32,000 nt of DNA, from positions 7,878 to 39,877 of the forward strand of contig JBOGRD010000006.1 of the NCBI GenBank assembly GCA_050749405.1. The letters are read 5' to 3'. The notes under the pieces are model-generated. The model was not told where the DNA came from, searched no databases, and saw nothing but the letters and a program-made list of their open reading frames with translations. This DNA comes from Nitrosotalea sp. (GTDB lineage Archaea > Thermoproteota > Nitrososphaeria > Nitrososphaerales > Nitrosopumilaceae). How positions within the stretch are numbered: position 1 is the stretch's first letter; each line of letters starts with the position of its first letter. Below, one piece after another: positions 29,845 through 32,000 of the stretch. The position numbers and the translations under genes were made by a program.

Positions 29845-30567
29845 CTACTTTAGTTTATTACCGCAACTTTCACAGAATTTCGAGTCTGGAATATTGATAT
29901 TTCCGCACTTGCTGCACTTGAAATCATTGTCTGTTACCTGTCCACCAAGAAGAACAACCTCACCCATCTTTCTAACTTCCTCCCACTTTATTGTAACATT
30001 TGTGCCATCGTTTTTTGTCACAACAAGAACTATTCTAGATTGTCCTGGTTGGATGCCGATCTCTTTTACGACTCCGACCCTTCTTGCATCTGAATCATAT
30101 ACTACAAGTCCTGCAATTGAATTAAACGTCTTCACTACTGAATCAGTAGTTGTCTGGAATGATTGCTGTGGAGCAGAACTCGTTGGAGGCAAGTATGTGT
30201 CTTGAGCAGTCAACTCTGGCTTTGCCGCCCCCACTTCTGCTTTTTCGTCTGGCTTGCTAAAGTTTCTGTATTCTGCAAGAATTGATCCACAAGTGGTGCA
30301 TATGTATTGCCCTTTCTCCAAAAGAATTAGGTTCTCTGCCACCACCTCGTTTGGTGTTTCATAATCAATCTTGGGACCACCTTCATATTCTTTCTCGCAA
30401 GTGTTGCAATAATACTTTGTAATCTTTTCAGAATCTAGGCGACCTACTGGCGCCAAGAACAGATCCGGTCCGCCAAGACTCCCTTTTCTTTGTTGGTCAT
30501 CGTTGACATTTGCCATGATATATCCTCCAGACCCTCTGAGTTTTTTCAAGCGCAATTCGTTGCTCAT
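29845..30567 (-). CDS. Zinc-ribbon / PRC-barrel / zinc-ribbon fusion protein (function unknown)
   Basis: CNTC...CTTC zinc ribbon, a polar linker, a PRC-barrel-like segment (GLVVYDSDARRVGVVKEIGIQPGQSRIVLVVTKNDGTNVTIKWEEVRKMGEVVLLG), and a C-terminal CSKC-x9-CESC zinc ribbon. Confidence 0.6.
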   Translation of the reverse strand: MSNELRLKKLRGSGGYIMANVNDDQQRKGSLGGPDLFLAPVGRLDSEKITKYYCNTCEKEYEGGPKIDYETPNEVVAENLILLEKGQYICTTCGSILAEYRNFSKPDEKAEVGAAKPELTAQDTYLPPTSSAPQQSFQTTTDSVVKTFNSIAGLVVYDSDARRVGVVKEIGIQPGQSRIVLVVTKNDGTNVTIKWEEVRKMGEVVLLGGQVTDNDFKCSKCGNINIPDSKFCESCGNKLK

Positions 30568-30792
30568 GACCTTAGTCTATCAAAAAGTCATTTAAGTATG
30601 TATATCACATTGATTGGTCAAATCTCTAATACGCATAGACATAACAGATTATACAATTTTAAAAAATAACGCGTTTTTTTTCAATAATTTGGAAAGAGTT
30701 AATAGAGCCAGACTGGAAAGTTAAACAAAAATAATGACGGAAATTAATAACAATCTTCTCTGTCATTTCCATAAAAAAGATGATGAATATAG

Positions 30793-32000
30793 TTGACAAA
30801 ATTTGAAGAATTAGGGATAAAGAATCCGATACTGACAGCGCTAAGTGAGATACAATTTCATGAAGCATTTCCAATTCAGGCGGCTTCCATACCTGTATTG
30901 CTATCAGGCCAAGATGTTATAGGGCAGGCACATACTGGAACAGGAAAGACTGCTGCATTTTCGCTACCAATTATCCAAACCATTGTTCCAAAAGGTGGAA
31001 TACAGGCATTGATACTTGCGCCAACAAGAGAACTTGCAGTACAGATAACGGGAGAAATTCAAAGATTTTCAAAGCATTCCCATGTCAGATACGTAACTAT
31101 CTATGGTGGCCAAAGCATCAATGTACAGTTCAATGAACTAGAAAGAGGAGTTGAAATTGTCGTTGCAACCCCTGGCAGACTCATAGATCACATAAAACGC
31201 GGTTCAGTCAAGCTAAAAAATGTCAGGTATGTTGTGTTGGATGAAGCTGATACCATGCTTGACATGGGATTCATTGATGATATCAGGTTCATTTTGGACC
31301 TTGTTCCAAAAGACCACCTGACAGCATTATTCTCTGCAACAATGCCGCCAGAAATACTCATGTTGGCAGAAAAATACATGCGAAATCCACAGAAAATCTT
31401 TATTGATGCTGATGACCTTAGCGGCGAGGGGATAGAACAGGCCTTCCTAGTAATAAGGGATAGAGAGAAAATGGATTTCCTCTTAAAGTTTATCAAAGAA
31501 AACACCACCGGTCAGACCATAGTCTTTTGTTCCACAAAGGAAAGGACAAGAAGAGTTGCACACGATCTTGAAAAAGAAAGATTCAACGTTGTATCAATTC
31601 AGGGTGACATGTCGCAGTTTAGAAGAGACAAGGCAATGTACATGTTCAAAAAAGGAAAGGCGGATATTCTTGTTGCAACTGATGTGGCGGCAAGAGGAAT
31701 CGATGTTCCAGAGGTAGCGTTGGTCGTAAACTATGATGTGCCAAGCCATGATCTAGTTTATTTCCACAGAATAGGAAGGACTGCAAGGGCTGGAGCAAAG
31801 GGCAGGGCAATAACTCTGGTATCATATTCTTCAATTGGTGATTTTAAGGCAATATCGAGCCAAACCAAGGTAACCATGCGAGATCTAAACAAGGAGCTTG
31901 GAATCGTGGTAAACATTCCCGATCCATTGAAGCGAGAAGTAAGTCACAGGCGAGGTTCTGGCAGATATGAAAACCGAGGAAGGAAATATGAAGGAAGACA
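30793..32000 (+). CDS. DEAD-box ATP-dependent RNA helicase (3' end outside window)
   Basis: Not in the ORF track because it runs off the window. Q-motif region FEELGI...FPIQ, AHTGTGKT, PTRELA, TPGR, VLDEAD, SAT and HRIGRTARAG are all in one frame. The only start upstream of the Q motif is TTG 30793, directly after in-frame TAG 30790. An RG-rich tail begins at the window end. Confidence 0.9.
   Translation, partial: MTKFEELGIKNPILTALSEIQFHEAFPIQAASIPVLLSGQDVIGQAHTGTGKTAAFSLPIIQTIVPKGGIQALILAPTRELAVQITGEIQRFSKHSHVRYVTIYGGQSINVQFNELERGVEIVVATPGRLIDHIKRGSVKLKNVRYVVLDEADTMLDMGFIDDIRFILDLVPKDHLTALFSATMPPEILMLAEKYMRNPQKIFIDADDLSGEGIEQAFLVIRDREKMDFLLKFIKENTTGQTIVFCSTKERTRRVAHDLEKERFNVVSIQGDMSQFRRDKAMYMFKKGKADILVATDVAARGIDVPEVALVVNYDVPSHDLVYFHRIGRTARAGAKGRAITLVSYSSIGDFKAISSQTKVTMRDLNKELGIVVNIPDPLKREVSHRRGSGRYENRGRKYEGR

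Noticed and set aside
31188-31834. Minus-strand ORFs of 106 and 62 aa
   Set aside because: They are antisense to the DEAD-box helicase reading frame, which carries all the helicase motifs.
1-32000. CRISPR arrays, rRNA genes, IS elements
   Set aside because: I saw no regularly spaced direct repeats, no rRNA-like conserved blocks, no transposase-like ORFs and no terminal inverted repeats.

Overview
This is an AT-rich archaeal chromosomal segment. The gene content points to an ammonia-oxidising thaumarchaeon (Nitrosopumilales-like). An ADP-forming acyl-CoA synthetase (25465-27570) lies directly upstream of a 4-hydroxybutyryl-CoA dehydratase (27627-29135); this adjacent pair is known from the thaumarchaeal 3-hydroxypropionate/4-hydroxybutyrate CO2-fixation cycle. 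Other archaeal markers are a Sec11-type signal peptidase, TrmB, Lrp-TRASH and ArsR regulators, a P1B-1 copper ATPase, and TATA-like boxes 26-33 nt upstream of many start codons. I annotate 34 protein-coding genes or candidates (two cut by the window edges), one tRNA-Val(UAC) and one gene remnant. I saw no rRNA, CRISPR array, transposase, integrase or recognisable defence gene. Housekeeping genes (ilvE, aspartate kinase, glycosyltransferase, DEAD-box helicase) flank a less ordinary stretch at about 9.3-19.9 kb. That stretch holds a decayed gene fragment, an FtsX/MacB-type permease with no partner ATPase, several tiny membrane or Cys-rich ORFs, and an MscS-like channel with a large Cys-bearing cytoplasmic insertion. 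It also holds a three-gene operon of secreted, sequon-rich beta-sandwich-type proteins, one ending in a PEFG-CTERM-like sorting tail. I cannot show from sequence alone that any of this is a discrete new system. The surface-protein operon, the modified MscS channel, the copper locus (copA / Lrp-TRASH regulator / radical SAM gene with a perfect 14-bp palindrome in the divergent promoter) and the C2H2 zinc-finger mini-genes are the best candidates for follow-up. All family calls rest on motif recognition by eye; no database search was run.
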